This document shows, piece after piece, positions 8,728 through 16,770 of a stretch of 64,000 bases of DNA. Every line of letters begins with the position of its first letter. Position 1 is the stretch's first letter. Source of the stretch: Candidatus Saccharimonadales bacterium (lineage in GTDB: Bacteria; Patescibacteriota; Saccharimonadia; Saccharimonadales; Saccharimonadaceae); NCBI GenBank assembly GCA_045628725.1, contig JAZQPT010000015.1, positions 319 to 64,318 on the forward strand, in the 5' to 3' direction. Below the pieces are notes generated by a model. It saw only the letters and a list, made by a program, of their open reading frames with translations. It made no database searches and had not been told where the DNA came from. A program made the translations under genes and the position numbers.

Positions 8728-9252
8728 TTACGCGCTAGCTTTGGCTTCAACACCATCAAGTAGTGCGTGAAGATTGCCAGATAATGCATTTGTAATGTCA
8801 TGAACTGGTGAAAGCAATTGTGCGACAACCTGTCCGATAAGCTCGTTCTTGCTAGGAAGACCTGCAAGAGCGGTAACTTCAGCAGCACTTAGAAGTGCGC
8901 CTTCGCCAGAAAATGCACCTGCAAATTGTAGTGCAGGATGGGTTCGGGCGAAATCGTTCAATACCTGCGCAGGCGCAACTTCATCTTCGATACTAACAGC
9001 GTAAAGTAGCTGTCCAGTAAGCGCAGATGTGTCGATACCTTTGTAGGTTGGGTTGTTTTCAAGTGCAACGCGCACCAAGCGGTTTTTGACCACTCGGATA
9101 ACGACACCTGATTCGCGAGCCGACCGACGAAGTGTTTGCACATCAGCAACAGTAAGTCCCTGATATTGTGCAAAAACGGTCATCTTTGAGTCTTTCAACA
9201 GATCACTTATCTCAGCAACCAAAGCGTTCTTTTTATCGCGTGAAATAGCCAT
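8728..9252 (-). CDS. rplJ: 50S ribosomal protein L10
   Basis: MAISRDKKNALVAEISDLLKDSK... is typical uL10, directly upstream of rplL. Confidence 0.95.
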   Translation of the reverse strand: MAISRDKKNALVAEISDLLKDSKMTVFAQYQGLTVADVQTLRRSARESGVVIRVVKNRLVRVALENNPTYKGIDTSALTGQLLYAVSIEDEVAPAQVLNDFARTHPALQFAGAFSGEGALLSAAEVTALAGLPSKNELIGQVVAQLLSPVHDITNALSGNLHALLDGVEAKASA

Positions 9253-9452
9253 AAAAATCCTTTCTTTAGTTGTTTTTCATTCGATCAAGTTGTTAATGTA
9301 CCGGTAATGTGACAACCAGAGACGATTTTTAATCAAAAAAGTCTTCGGTTATCGCATCACCAAAGACTTACTGTGTCAACAAAAGATTGTTTTCACCTCG
9401 GTAGCCGATTAAGCATTGATCTCTCTTTGCTGCTACTGTCTCTGGTAATGTC
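9253..9452 (-). promoter_or_regulatory. structured rplJ 5' leader (candidate L10-leader-type attenuator)
   Basis: About 200-nt leader. It holds a terminator-like hairpin AAGTCTTTGG/CCGAAGACTT plus U-run (plus-strand 9335-9369), enclosed by a long-range pair CCAGAGAC (9316-9323) / GTCTCTGG (9438-9445). Confidence 0.4.
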
Positions 9453-9458
9453 TCTATA

Positions 9459-9487
9459 AATATAACGAACGTATGCTCAAATGTCAA
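9459..9487 (-). promoter_or_regulatory. rplJ-rplL promoter, TTGACA-17 nt-TATATT
   Basis: Hexamers read on the minus strand: plus-strand tgtcaa 9482-9487 and aatata 9459-9464. Confidence 0.5.
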
Positions 9488-9543
9488 TACGCTCTTGTAA
9501 TTAAATTGACTTAATTATACAAAAGTGGTATCCTATAATTATC

Positions 9544-10425
9544 ATGTCTGAACGTGAACCAAATCATTCAACTCTTTCGGATTACCATCCGCTCGCCTCG
9601 GATCCATTTAAAGTTACTAAAGATATTTACACGATACAAAGCAAGAATGGCAACATTCTCGTACGTGGCCGTAGCTCGTACGACATAGCCCTCGAAACTG
9701 CCCACGAAGCTGTTGAGGTCATTCCATGTGACGTACGACGCGATTTGGCAGAGCGGGCACTCTTGGCTACTATTGCAAATCAAGCTTGGAGAAATAACGA
9801 AGGTAATATTACCGACGAAATGAGAGATAACTATCCCGATGTCATTGCGGGTGATGCAGAGCCTGCAGAAATGGTTGCTATGCTACACGAATACCCTGGT
9901 TCTGGTGCATTAGAACTTGCACGAACCACACACGTTGGGCGATGGAATGTGCAGAATATTATAGACCTGCCTGTGCGTCGTTCGCTAGATACCGTCCCTG
10001 GAACGAAGCGCGAAGCATCGGCTCCTCGTTACAAGATTAAAATGTTTGACGAAGACGGCGCTGCTGTAGAACGCAAGCGTGTCGTTAGATCTCACTATAA
10101 TGGTCAGCTGCTTACTGTTCTGCGCAATACAATGCTTGTCGATTATCATTCCCCCGAAATGCCAGATGAACTGTTGGATTATATGACAAATGAACATAAA
10201 ATGTTGCTCAAGAAAAAAACGTACGATTACAATAGTGAAACACGTACTCTTCATGGATTTTTAGAAAAATACGTCAGTTATCGCAGTGGTACGCAGACTA
10301 ACCAAGAGCAAATCGATGAACCAAATAAACCAGACTGGGTTATTCCACTACTGTCTACCTATTATAGTGCTGATGCATCACTTATAGGACCAGATAAACA
10401 GCAAAACAAAGAGCAAACCGATTAG
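9544..10425 (+). CDS. hypothetical protein
   Basis: 293-aa ORF with no SD. TTGACT-17-TATCCT/TATAAT sits immediately upstream, so the mRNA may be leaderless or nearly so. No family recognised. Confidence 0.6.
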   Translation: MSEREPNHSTLSDYHPLASDPFKVTKDIYTIQSKNGNILVRGRSSYDIALETAHEAVEVIPCDVRRDLAERALLATIANQAWRNNEGNITDEMRDNYPDVIAGDAEPAEMVAMLHEYPGSGALELARTTHVGRWNVQNIIDLPVRRSLDTVPGTKREASAPRYKIKMFDEDGAAVERKRVVRSHYNGQLLTVLRNTMLVDYHSPEMPDELLDYMTNEHKMLLKKKTYDYNSETRTLHGFLEKYVSYRSGTQTNQEQIDEPNKPDWVIPLLSTYYSADASLIGPDKQQNKEQTD

Positions 10426-11099
10426 ATTGCCTGCTGAATTTTATTCCAAATCAATTCGGTGACCTCTGGAATAGGCAATAATTCGCCGTTGACTGTTCCA
10501 TGGATCGGCTGAAAGCTATCCGGAAACTGTTCGCATAATTTCTCGTAGGCGGCAACGGCCCGTGTCAGATGATTGAGATCGGCTTCGTGAATGTCTCGTT
10601 TTTTATCAGTATAACTGCGAGCGGCTTTTTGGTCGACGAGATTCTGTGCTATGACTGCGGGAACGAGCAGTACGATGTTTACATCAGGTTTGGGAATGCC
10701 GAGGATATTAAACTCTAGATCATATAGCCAGTCGTAGTATTTAGTACGGTCAGCTTCATTGGTAATTTTTTGTCCTTGGTGTGCTAAATTAGCTCCGATG
10801 AAACGATTCGAAAGAACGATCTTACCCGCTTCGAGATCCTTTTTGATACTCTGCGACGCCTGAAATCGATCAAGTGCAAAAAAGAGCGACGGCGTATAGG
10901 CACCGAGTTCGTCTGCACTGCCGTAATTACCGTTGAGGTATTCACGGACAAAGTACGACGATTCTTGGTCGTATTGAGGAAAGTCGTACGTTGCGATGTC
11001 GTGGCCTTGCTCTCGTAGCCGTTCGTCGATTAGCTTGAACTGCGTCCCCTTGCCTGATCCATCGCTACCTTCGATAACGATAAATTTGCCGGCTGACAT
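10422..11099 (-). CDS. tmk: thymidylate kinase
   Basis: FIVIEGSDGSGKGTQ P-loop and overall dTMP-kinase layout. Confidence 0.9.
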   Translation of the reverse strand: MSAGKFIVIEGSDGSGKGTQFKLIDERLREQGHDIATYDFPQYDQESSYFVREYLNGNYGSADELGAYTPSLFFALDRFQASQSIKKDLEAGKIVLSNRFIGANLAHQGQKITNEADRTKYYDWLYDLEFNILGIPKPDVNIVLLVPAVIAQNLVDQKAARSYTDKKRDIHEADLNHLTRAVAAYEKLCEQFPDSFQPIHGTVNGELLPIPEVTELIWNKIQQAI

Positions 11100-11100
11100 A

Positions 11101-11820
11101 CTACTTCATCCCCTCGGCAAGTCCAGGAATAACGATTGGGTCCTTTCGACTGTCTTTGTAGGCGCGCGGCAGCATATCTTCGGGTTTCCAGGTGCGAATC
11201 AGTTCGTCGAGGTCGCTGGTGTGCTGGTACTTACCGCTTACACCGCCACGGCCATCGCTGTAGTCGCCGTCAACCGGGCCGGTGGTGTGAAAAATCAATT
11301 GACCGATACGTTCGCCCACCGGTAGGACGACTGATTCGTGCATGTTGAGGTTATAGATTTCTAGAGTGATGCGGTTAATGTAGCCCGGGTCTACCCAGCC
11401 AGCGTCAAAACAAACCGCGACTCCATTGCGTCCCCAGCTGCTGCGTGATTTTACTTCGCAGGCGCCGCCATGGGCGCGTATACCGACAAATTCATGGGTG
11501 TGCGCCAAAATGCGCTCACCGGGGCGCAAGACAATAATCGGATGATCTTCGGGGATGTTTTCGAATAACTTGTATCCGTTTCTATCGCACCATTCTTTGT
11601 GCGGCTGTGCTTCAAGAGGGCCTTTAAAGTAGCGATCAACATCACCTTTATCGAACGGGTTGTATACCTTTGCGTCTTCTTCGTATTCTTGTTTAAAGAA
11701 ATAGTGTCCTAGGGTAAAGTCGAGACTTGCCTCGGAGACGTTTGCGTCAATAAACGGTACGCTGACAATCGTGCCATCTTTTACTGCGCTACGAATTTGA
11801 GTATTGCTATAAACACTCAT
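11101..11820 (-). CDS. dcd: dCTP deaminase family protein
   Basis: N-terminus ...IRSAVKDGTIVSVPFIDANVSEASLDFTLG and dUTPase-fold features. Longer than typical at 239 aa. Confidence 0.8.
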   Translation of the reverse strand: MSVYSNTQIRSAVKDGTIVSVPFIDANVSEASLDFTLGHYFFKQEYEEDAKVYNPFDKGDVDRYFKGPLEAQPHKEWCDRNGYKLFENIPEDHPIIVLRPGERILAHTHEFVGIRAHGGACEVKSRSSWGRNGVAVCFDAGWVDPGYINRITLEIYNLNMHESVVLPVGERIGQLIFHTTGPVDGDYSDGRGGVSGKYQHTSDLDELIRTWKPEDMLPRAYKDSRKDPIVIPGLAEGMK

Positions 11821-12314
11821 TACTGCACTTCCCGCGCTTGGCGTAGTGCATATTCGGCTCGGCTGTGAACGCCTACTGGTGTATTTTCTAGGTGCTCAAT
11901 TTCTTCAAGCGTAAACCAGCGCATGTCAGTAGCGCCGTTTTCTTCTAGAGTAAAATTAGGCGTACTACTAATCAGAATATAGCCAAAATCAATATGTTTA
12001 TGACCGTCTTCACCCGCTTCGTGGATGTCGATATCAAACGGCATAGGCTGGGTAATATTCGTATCAAGATTTCGGTTAAAAGATAAATTGTCTGAATATG
12101 GAGTGATGAGCGTTAAGTCGTCAGGTTTTAATCCGGTTTCCTCTTCTACTTCACGAAACACTGCTTCAAGCGGAGTCTCTGTTAGTTCGACGTGTCCGCC
12201 GGGCATAAGCCATTTATGAAGTTTATGATGTAGTAACAGTAGTACTTTATTGTCATGCACAATAGCGCCGCTAGCAGCAAAATCGTATTCGCCGTTTGAA
12301 TGAATGTGTCCCAT
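11820..12314 (-). CDS. NUDIX hydrolase
   Basis: Nudix box GGHVELTETPLEAVFREVEEETGL. Confidence 0.85.
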   Translation of the reverse strand: MGHIHSNGEYDFAASGAIVHDNKVLLLLHHKLHKWLMPGGHVELTETPLEAVFREVEEETGLKPDDLTLITPYSDNLSFNRNLDTNITQPMPFDIDIHEAGEDGHKHIDFGYILISSTPNFTLEENGATDMRWFTLEEIEHLENTPVGVHSRAEYALRQAREVQ

Positions 12315-12378
12315 TATTTCCCTCTCTTAGAATCTGTATCGATTGTAGCACAGGTCCCTTTGCAGTATGATAAAAGAT

Positions 12379-12873
12379 ATGAAAAGTATTATTGTTGCCT
12401 ATGACCAAAACCGTGCAATTGGCACACATAATACGCTGCCATGGGCCGGCAAGATGAAGACAGATATGCGCCGAGTCCGTGAACTTACGACAGGCAACGC
12501 AATTATCATGGGGCGAAATACTTACGATTCTATTGGGCGAGCACTCCCGAATCGCCAAAATATCGTCATAACACACCGGCCATTCCAACAAGAGGGTGTG
12601 CTATGTGTAGATTCGCTTGATGCGGCCTATGCGGCAGTCGAGGCTGGTCGCGAAGCGTATGTATTTGGCGGTGCGCAGATATACAACTTGGCACTCGATA
12701 CGGTTGAGCAGATTATTGTAACCGAGATTGGTGTCGAAACTATCGATGCCGATACGTTCTTCCCCGTTATTGATTCGGCTATGTGGCATGAAGTGTCACG
12801 TGATCATTACGCAGCTGATGCAGAAAATAGCTACGATTTTGATTTTGTGACGTATCAGCGAAACAGCCAATAA
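12379..12873 (+). CDS. folA: dihydrofolate reductase
   Basis: MKSIIVAYDQNRAIGTHNTLPW...GRNTYDSIGRALPNR. Start set to ATG 12379 because the upstream ATG 12367 lies inside the -10 hexamer TATGAT. Confidence 0.9.
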   Translation: MKSIIVAYDQNRAIGTHNTLPWAGKMKTDMRRVRELTTGNAIIMGRNTYDSIGRALPNRQNIVITHRPFQQEGVLCVDSLDAAYAAVEAGREAYVFGGAQIYNLALDTVEQIIVTEIGVETIDADTFFPVIDSAMWHEVSRDHYAADAENSYDFDFVTYQRNSQ

Positions 12874-13794
12874 CTAGACTGCAATCGGTGCTTTGATTGG
12901 AGGGTGCGGGTCGTAGCCATCTAAGCGGATGTCATCGAAAGTAAAGTCATCGATATTCTTGATGTCAGGGTTGAGCCATAGCGTTGGCAGTGCGCGTGGC
13001 TGACGCGATAATTGTTCGTCGACTTGGTCCATATGATTCAGATATAGGTGCGTGTCGGCAGTTGTGTGAATAAATTCACCCTGCTTTAGCCTGGTTACCT
13101 GTGCGATCATGGCCAGCAGTAGTGAATACGATGCGATATTAAACGGCACACCGAGGAATGTATCAGCACTGCGCTGGTATAACATTAGGTCTAGTTTGCC
13201 GTCGCGGACGTTAAACTGAAACAATGAATGGCATGGTGGCAGACCGCCCATTTCGACGATTTCGTCAATCTCGGCAACGTTCCATGCGCTGATAATATTG
13301 CGACGTGAATTTGGATTGGTTTTGATTGTCTCGATACTGTTTGCGATCTGATCGATATAGCCACCTTTTCCGTCAGGCCATTTGCGCCACTGCACCCCAT
13401 ATACAGGTCCTAGATCACCCCACTTCTGGGCAAATTCATGATCAGTGGCTACTTTTGAGATAAACTTTTTTATACCCGTCTTCCATTCATCGCTTGAACT
13501 ATCAGGTACGGCAAGACCATTTTTTTGTAGGTATGCTTTGTATGGCCATTCGTCCCAGATATGAACGTCGTTTTTTGCCAAATATTCAATGTTGCCTGTC
13601 CCTTGCAAGAACCATAGCAGTTCATGTACAACGCTGCGCATGTACAGTTTTTTGGTGGTCATCGCTGGAAATCCGTCAGCTAAATCATAACGAACTTGGC
13701 GACCAAAGAGGCTCTTTGTGCCCGTACCGGTGCGGTCGCCTTTTTCGAGACCATTGTCTTTAATGTCTTGTAATAAATCCAGATACTGACGCAT
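12874..13794 (-). CDS. thyA: thymidylate synthase (ThyA type)
   Basis: [11 protein letters not shown]..., [20 protein letters not shown] motifs. Confidence 0.95.
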   Translation of the reverse strand: MRQYLDLLQDIKDNGLEKGDRTGTGTKSLFGRQVRYDLADGFPAMTTKKLYMRSVVHELLWFLQGTGNIEYLAKNDVHIWDEWPYKAYLQKNGLAVPDSSSDEWKTGIKKFISKVATDHEFAQKWGDLGPVYGVQWRKWPDGKGGYIDQIANSIETIKTNPNSRRNIISAWNVAEIDEIVEMGGLPPCHSLFQFNVRDGKLDLMLYQRSADTFLGVPFNIASYSLLLAMIAQVTRLKQGEFIHTTADTHLYLNHMDQVDEQLSRQPRALPTLWLNPDIKNIDDFTFDDIRLDGYDPHPPIKAPIAV

Positions 13795-13849
13795 GACATC
13801 CTCCGTTGTTTATCTAATTATGACATACCCGCGAGGAATTATGCATAAA

Positions 13850-14821
13850 TTACAGTGAATGTTGAGATAGAAAATTCCATAATGTTTGGGTCGCTTCAGG
13901 CATCCAGAGGTGTCCGCCGCCTCGTAATTTGACGTTCTCGATGGTTGCACTGTTGGTGCAATTTTGCCATGTCGTTACAATCGTTACGGCATCTTGATAG
14001 CGCACAACAGGATTGCTTTTACATCCGTTATCATTTGCGCGTTCAGCAGACCACTTGCTAATATCAGGGAGTTTACGTGTAGCCGATCCAGCATAGGGGA
14101 CGTTGGGGTCGTTGTCGCCATGAATAGTCATCAACGGTGTTGGTCGTGGTGGCTTGCATGCGCCGGACGGGTAGTACATTGCCCCTGCGACAATACCAAA
14201 TGCAGCAAACCTATCCGACAAGGTGCATGATAGTAGCGAAACCATCCCCCCGCCGTTGGACAGTCCCGTTGCGTACACTCGGTCCCTGTCGATACATAGC
14301 TGAGATTGCACTTTGTCTAGGATAGCCTCTGTAAAGCTAACATCGTTGACGCCCGATGAATACGGTGCGCCTTGCCACGAAGTATACCTATCTTTGCCGA
14401 TAGTTGGATGAGGGTAGACAATCACCGCTGGCAGTACATTTAACCCCGCTTGTTTTTCGCCGCCGTCAGCTGTTGCGCTCTTACCTGGAAAATGAACTAT
14501 CAATGGATAATAGCGTGTTTCGTCAAAATTTGCCGGTAGGTGCACTGAGTAATTGCGGGTTCCGTCATCAGTAAGTGTTTCGAATGTTTTAGTCGTTTCG
14601 GATGGCCACGTATCACGGGCAGAACATGTAGGCGGAGGTGCGTTTAGTAGCGATATTTTTTGCTCTAAGCTGCGGTTTGTCGAACTGAGTTTTTGCGTGT
14701 AAAACCATGCACCTAGGAGGATCGTAAATAGCCCAAGACATAGTATGCCCCATAGTATGTGATGTATATAGATCGACTGCAGTGATGGCCGTCGCCGAGT
14801 CGTCTTTTTTGATGTAACCAT
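13850..14821 (-). CDS. secreted/membrane-anchored alpha/beta esterase (PHB-depolymerase / LpqC-like family)
   Basis: N-terminal TM segment, then YPLIVHFPG...GLSNGGGM (nucleophile elbow). Start moved to ATG 14821 because the track start overlaps the rplA terminator. Confidence 0.7.
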   Translation of the reverse strand: MVTSKKTTRRRPSLQSIYIHHILWGILCLGLFTILLGAWFYTQKLSSTNRSLEQKISLLNAPPPTCSARDTWPSETTKTFETLTDDGTRNYSVHLPANFDETRYYPLIVHFPGKSATADGGEKQAGLNVLPAVIVYPHPTIGKDRYTSWQGAPYSSGVNDVSFTEAILDKVQSQLCIDRDRVYATGLSNGGGMVSLLSCTLSDRFAAFGIVAGAMYYPSGACKPPRPTPLMTIHGDNDPNVPYAGSATRKLPDISKWSAERANDNGCKSNPVVRYQDAVTIVTTWQNCTNSATIENVKLRGGGHLWMPEATQTLWNFLSQHSL

Positions 14822-14859
14822 TGCTTTATATGATACCACCTTGACTCTGTTACGGGAAT

Positions 14860-14890
14860 AAAATACCCCGCACAACTGGCGGGGTATTTT
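14860..14890 (-). terminator. intrinsic terminator after rplA
   Basis: ATACCCCGC...GCGGGGTAT hairpin flanked by A and T runs. Confidence 0.7.
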
Positions 14891-14907
14891 GACTAATGTG
14901 ATGCAAA

Positions 14908-15894
14908 TTAGCTAACGATGCTTTCAACTTTGATGCCAGGACCTTGAGTGGTGCTGATGCTTGTTGAACGAACGTAGCTGCCCTTGATGCTACTAGGTTT
15001 TTGTGACTGCAGGCTTGTAAAGAATGCACGTGCGTTCTCTTCGAGTTTTGCAGCACCAAATGATACTTTACCGATACTAAGGTGAACGATTGCCTGTTTG
15101 TCGACACGGTATTCAACCTTACCAGTTTTTGCTTCTGATGTTGCTTTTGCAACATCAGTTGAAACCGTACCTGATTTAGGGTTTGGCATTAAACCACGTG
15201 GGCCAAGCTGTCGAGCGTGCTTGCCAAGTTTTGGCATATACTGTGGAGTTGTGATCAGGATGTCAAAGTTAAGCTCTTCTTTTTCAAGCTGCTTTAGGAA
15301 ATCTTCGTCACCGATGACGTCTGCGCCGGCTTTTTTAGCTGCAGCGTGCTCTGATTCTGGTGCAAATACAGCAACACGAATCTTTTTACCAGTTCCGTTA
15401 GGTAGGCTAACCGTTGCACGGATGTTTTGGTCTGCCTGGCGTGGGTCTACACCAAGACGAACGTGAATTTCAACGCTGGCGTCAAATTTCGCAGGATTAG
15501 TAGCAGCGGCAAGTTCGAAAGCTTCGGCGATAGGATATACCTTGCCAGTTTCAAGCTTTTCGGCAACTTTGCGGTAGCTTTTGCCACGTCGCTCAAGTCG
15601 TGATCGTACGACTGGCTTTGGACCTTTTTTCATGTTTGCTTCTGCTTCGTCAGACTGTGGAGTTGTATCGCCTTCTTCTTTGCGAGCTTCCTTTTCAGCT
15701 TTAGCTTCCGCTTCTGCAAGAGATTTTTCACTTCGCTTACCAGCTTTAGCAGTCTTCTTTTCCTCAGTTGATTCTTCGGTTGCAGGTGCGTCAACAGCAG
15801 CAATTGCCGCTTCGATTTCTGCAATCGTGTTCTTGTCTGTTACATCTAGTTTTAGCTCTGCAGCTTTTTCTAGTAGTTCGGCTTTTTTTGCCAT
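14908..15894 (-). CDS. rplA: 50S ribosomal protein L1 with a roughly 87-aa N-terminal extension
   Basis: Residues from about 88 (MKKGPKPVVRSRLERRGKSYRKVAEK...FDASVEIHVRLGVDPRQADQ) are canonical uL1. The in-frame upstream 87 aa has no stop. Confidence 0.9.
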   Translation of the reverse strand: MAKKAELLEKAAELKLDVTDKNTIAEIEAAIAAVDAPATEESTEEKKTAKAGKRSEKSLAEAEAKAEKEARKEEGDTTPQSDEAEANMKKGPKPVVRSRLERRGKSYRKVAEKLETGKVYPIAEAFELAAATNPAKFDASVEIHVRLGVDPRQADQNIRATVSLPNGTGKKIRVAVFAPESEHAAAKKAGADVIGDEDFLKQLEKEELNFDILITTPQYMPKLGKHARQLGPRGLMPNPKSGTVSTDVAKATSEAKTGKVEYRVDKQAIVHLSIGKVSFGAAKLEENARAFFTSLQSQKPSSIKGSYVRSTSISTTQGPGIKVESIVS

Positions 15895-16013
15895 GGTGTA
15901 AACCCTTTCTGTGGTACTAGCGGCAGGGTCTCCCCTTGCCTCCCATCATTGATTGTTATCTTATAATTAAAGCATATTTTACCGAGTAATACAACCGTGG
16001 ATATGAGAGACAA

Positions 16014-16661
16014 CTAAGGGTTTACATCGATGATGCATACGGTATAATTGCCATCATATTCGGTGGCACTGTATTTCTGATTCGTAGGGTTTGATGTTGT
16101 GTAACTTGTGTCGCTGCCGTCAAAGAGGATAACCGGCTGTAAGCCGCAGTTGACTTGGTTTCCGACGAGCGAATACTCGATAACCATACGATCGGTGCCG
16201 TCGACAGGAGGTTTGTAGAGGAAGGGGCTATGATGACTGTTTTCAGAGCCACCACCGGGAGAAAGTATCGGTGGGTAGACATTACCAGATGGTATCGAGC
16301 TCACACTATTGAGCTCCTCGATAAGAGCAGCGCTCTCACTCGCGTATACGATGCCGCCGATAATATGGCAGTCGCCCACTCCGTCTCCATTAAAATCTGG
16401 GAGCGACCGAGAAAAACAGGCCGCTTCAAACGGCCCGCTAGGATGAACAAGTAAATCATCGAACGTAGGTCTGGTCGTTGCCAGGATATTGAGTGCAGTA
16501 CGGAACTGCTTGACAGTCTGTATCCGCGCGGCATTTTGGGCACGCGTCTGCATGCCATTGAAAGAGGTGATGACAATCGAAGCCAATATTCCAATGACGA
16601 CGATCACGATAAGTAGCTCTACAATTGTAAAACCATTTTCGGGTTTACGTATTACCAGCAT
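16014..16661 (-). CDS. type IV pilin-like protein (prepilin N-terminal cleavage/methylation domain)
   Basis: MLVIRKPENG|FTIVELLIVIVVIGILASIV. Confidence 0.8.
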   Translation of the reverse strand: MLVIRKPENGFTIVELLIVIVVIGILASIVITSFNGMQTRAQNAARIQTVKQFRTALNILATTRPTFDDLLVHPSGPFEAACFSRSLPDFNGDGVGDCHIIGGIVYASESAALIEELNSVSSIPSGNVYPPILSPGGGSENSHHSPFLYKPPVDGTDRMVIEYSLVGNQVNCGLQPVILFDGSDTSYTTSNPTNQKYSATEYDGNYTVCIIDVNP

Positions 16662-16770
16662 GCGTATATATTAGCACGAGCATTATGCAAATGTAAGTAT
16701 AAAACTCAGCGAAATCAAATCGTAGTATTGCTAAGTATTAAGTTTATGCTATAGCACGCTACTACTGCAG

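Noticed and set aside
12367-12378. Upstream ATG as the folA start (ORF-track start)
   Set aside because: This ATG is inside the -10 hexamer TATGAT of a TTGTAG-17-TATGAT promoter. The ATG at 12379 gives the canonical DHFR N-terminus MKSIIVAY.
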